Assembly: GCA_977017645.1 (NCBI GenBank)
Contig: OZ360226.1
Span: 66,464,001-66,528,000 of the forward strand
Reading direction: 5' to 3'
DNA: 64,000 bases
Origin: Torpedo marmorata
Lineage: Eukaryota
Shown here one piece after another: positions 61,955 to 64,000 of this stretch. Position 1 is the first letter of the stretch, and each line of letters starts with the position of its first letter. The notes under the pieces are model-generated. The model did not search any database. It saw only the letters and a program-made list of their open reading frames with translations, and was not told the DNA's origin. The position numbers and the translations under genes were made by a program.

Positions 61955-63770
61955 CCTGCAGGACTGCTTTGAATCGGTGGACTGAATTCAAGGATTCATA
62001 TTCAAACTTGAATGAATATGGCACAGCTGTCACCGACTTTATCAGGACCTGTGTGGATGAGTGTGTGCCCACGCGCACATACAGTGAGTACACCAACCAA
62101 AAGCTGTGGATGAATCAAGGGATTTGCAACCTGCTGAGAGCTAGGTCAATTGCGTTTAAGTCCGGTGATCCAGATCTCTATAGGAAGTCCAGGTACGACG
62201 TGCGGGCTGCCTTCAGGAGAGTGAATTTGAGGAAAGCATCCGGTCTGGATGGAGTACCTGTCCGAGTATTAAAAATCTGTTCTGACCAATTTACCATCGT
62301 ATTCACGGATATATTCAACTTCTCACTCCGGCAGGGCGTGGTACCCATCTGTTTCAAACAGGTGTCAATCGTACCGGAGCCCAAGAAGAGTGTGGTAACC
62401 TGCCTAAATGACTATCGACCAGTGGCATTCACATCAACAGTGAGGAAGTGTTTTGAAAGGCTGGTGTTGAAGCATATCAGCTCCTGTCTGAGCGGCGACA
62501 TGGATCCGTTCCAATTCGTCTATCGTAGCAACAGGCTGCCATCTCACTGGCTCTACACAAAGCCGTGGAGCACGTGGACAGCAACGATGCATACATCAGG
62601 ATGCTCTTTATCGACTACAGTTCAGCATTTAACACCATCATCCCCTCAAAACTGATCAGCAAACTCCAAGACCTGGGACTCAACACCCAACTGTGTAATT
62701 GGATCCTTGATTTACTCACCTACAGACCACAATCAGTGAGGATTGGTAAGAACATCTCCTCCACAATCTCCTTCAGTACCGGAGCACCGTAGGGCTGCGT
62801 TCATAGCCACCTGCTCTACTTGCTTTACACCTATGACAGTGTGGCTCGGTATGACAACAACACCATCTACAAATTCGCTGACTATACCATGGTAGTGGGT
62901 TGTATAAAAAGAGGTGATGAGTCAGTATACAGGAGGGAGATTGAAAATTTGGCCAAATGGTGCACCAACAACAACTTTGCACTCAATGTCACCAAAACTA
63001 AGGAGCTGATTGTTGACTTTAGGAAGGGAAAACCAGATGTGGGCGATCTAGTCATCATTGGGGGATCAGAGGTGGAGAAGGTGAGCAAATTTAAGTTCTT
63101 GGGAGTCACTATCTTGGATGATCATTCCTGGAGCCAACACACTAATGGCATCATGAAGAAAGCACGTCAGCACCTCTACTTCCTCAGGAGTTTGTGGAGG
63201 TTTGGTATGACATCGGAAACCCTGGCAAATTTCTATAGATGTGTGGTGGAAAGTGTGCTGACCAGCTGCATCACGGTCTGGTATGGAGACACCAATACCC
63301 CTGAGCGTAAAGCCCTCCAAAAGGTAGTGTACACAGCCCAGGACATCACAGGCAAACCCCTTCCCACCATCAAGAACATCTATGGGGAACGCTGTCGTCG
63401 GAGAGCAGCAGCAATCATCAAGGACCCACACCACCCAGCAAACACTCTGTTTTCGCTGCTACCATCAGGAAAAAGGTATAGGTGCCACAAGACTCGCACC
63501 ACCAGGTTCAGAAACAGCTGCTACCCCTCCACCATCAGACTCCTCAACAACAAACTCAATCAGGGACTCATTTAAGGACTCTTACTTTTGCATTTTATTG
63601 GTTTTTTTTCTCTTCTGTATTGCACAGTTGTTTACATTTGTTTATTTGTTTACATGAGTACAGGTTATTTTGCACTACCAATAAGTGGTAATTCTGCCTG
63701 GCCCGCAGGAAAAAGAATTTCAAGGTTGTATGTGATGTCATGTATGTACTCCGACAATAAATCTGAAATG
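61955..63770 (+). mobile_element. Rex1/Babar LINE, internally deleted at ~62198
   Basis: [40 protein letters not shown]; tail gacaataaatctgaa. Confidence 0.92.
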
Positions 63771-64000
63771 CTATCTTAACAGCAAAGAGGAAATTCTGAG
63801 TGAAGTTAGAAACAGAGTCAGATACTCACCAGCTATGGCATGGCTTGTAGGCCATTACATCCTACAATGCGAAGTCTAACATCATAAATGACTGTGATGC
63901 CTCACTCCCCGATAAGCTAAACACATTTTATGTTCGCTTTGAAAAGGAGAATTCAACTGTACCAATCAGAATCCCTGCAGAAGCTGGCGACTCTGTGATA
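63771..64000 (+). mobile_element. Second, more diverged Rex1 fragment running off the window
   Basis: QLWHGL..IT, DASLPDKLNTFYVRFEK. Confidence 0.7.

Overview
Vertebrate, repeat-dominated genomic DNA. The repeat set (V-SINEs, CR1, Rex1/Babar, Penelope remnants, AT-rich L1s) suggests a cartilaginous fish; this is inference. The one host gene I recognise is CFAP300 (C11orf70) on the minus strand: a 67-nt penultimate exon (41573-41639), the last coding exon (37306-37437) and a poly(A) signal at 36848-36853. Neither exon is called in its coding frame in the ORF track. About 41640-64000 is its upstream intron and 1-36800 is its 3' flank. The rest is deeply nested transposons with readable TSDs. 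These include a multi-layer L1 stack (288-9016) splitting an unknown ORF of an LTR element, a class-III-ERV-like gag remnant, and a young Gypsy (16593-21195) that has no tRNA PBS but a leader complementary to its own LTR. There is also an RT-deleted Gmr1-type Gypsy (30348-36314), a fossil Harbinger, Tc1/mariner-pogo MITEs, hAT elements (one holding a 170-bp-arm palindrome with a Helitron inside), and a full-length L1 with an antisense L1 nested in it. All alignments were done by eye; family names come from motif recall, not database searches.
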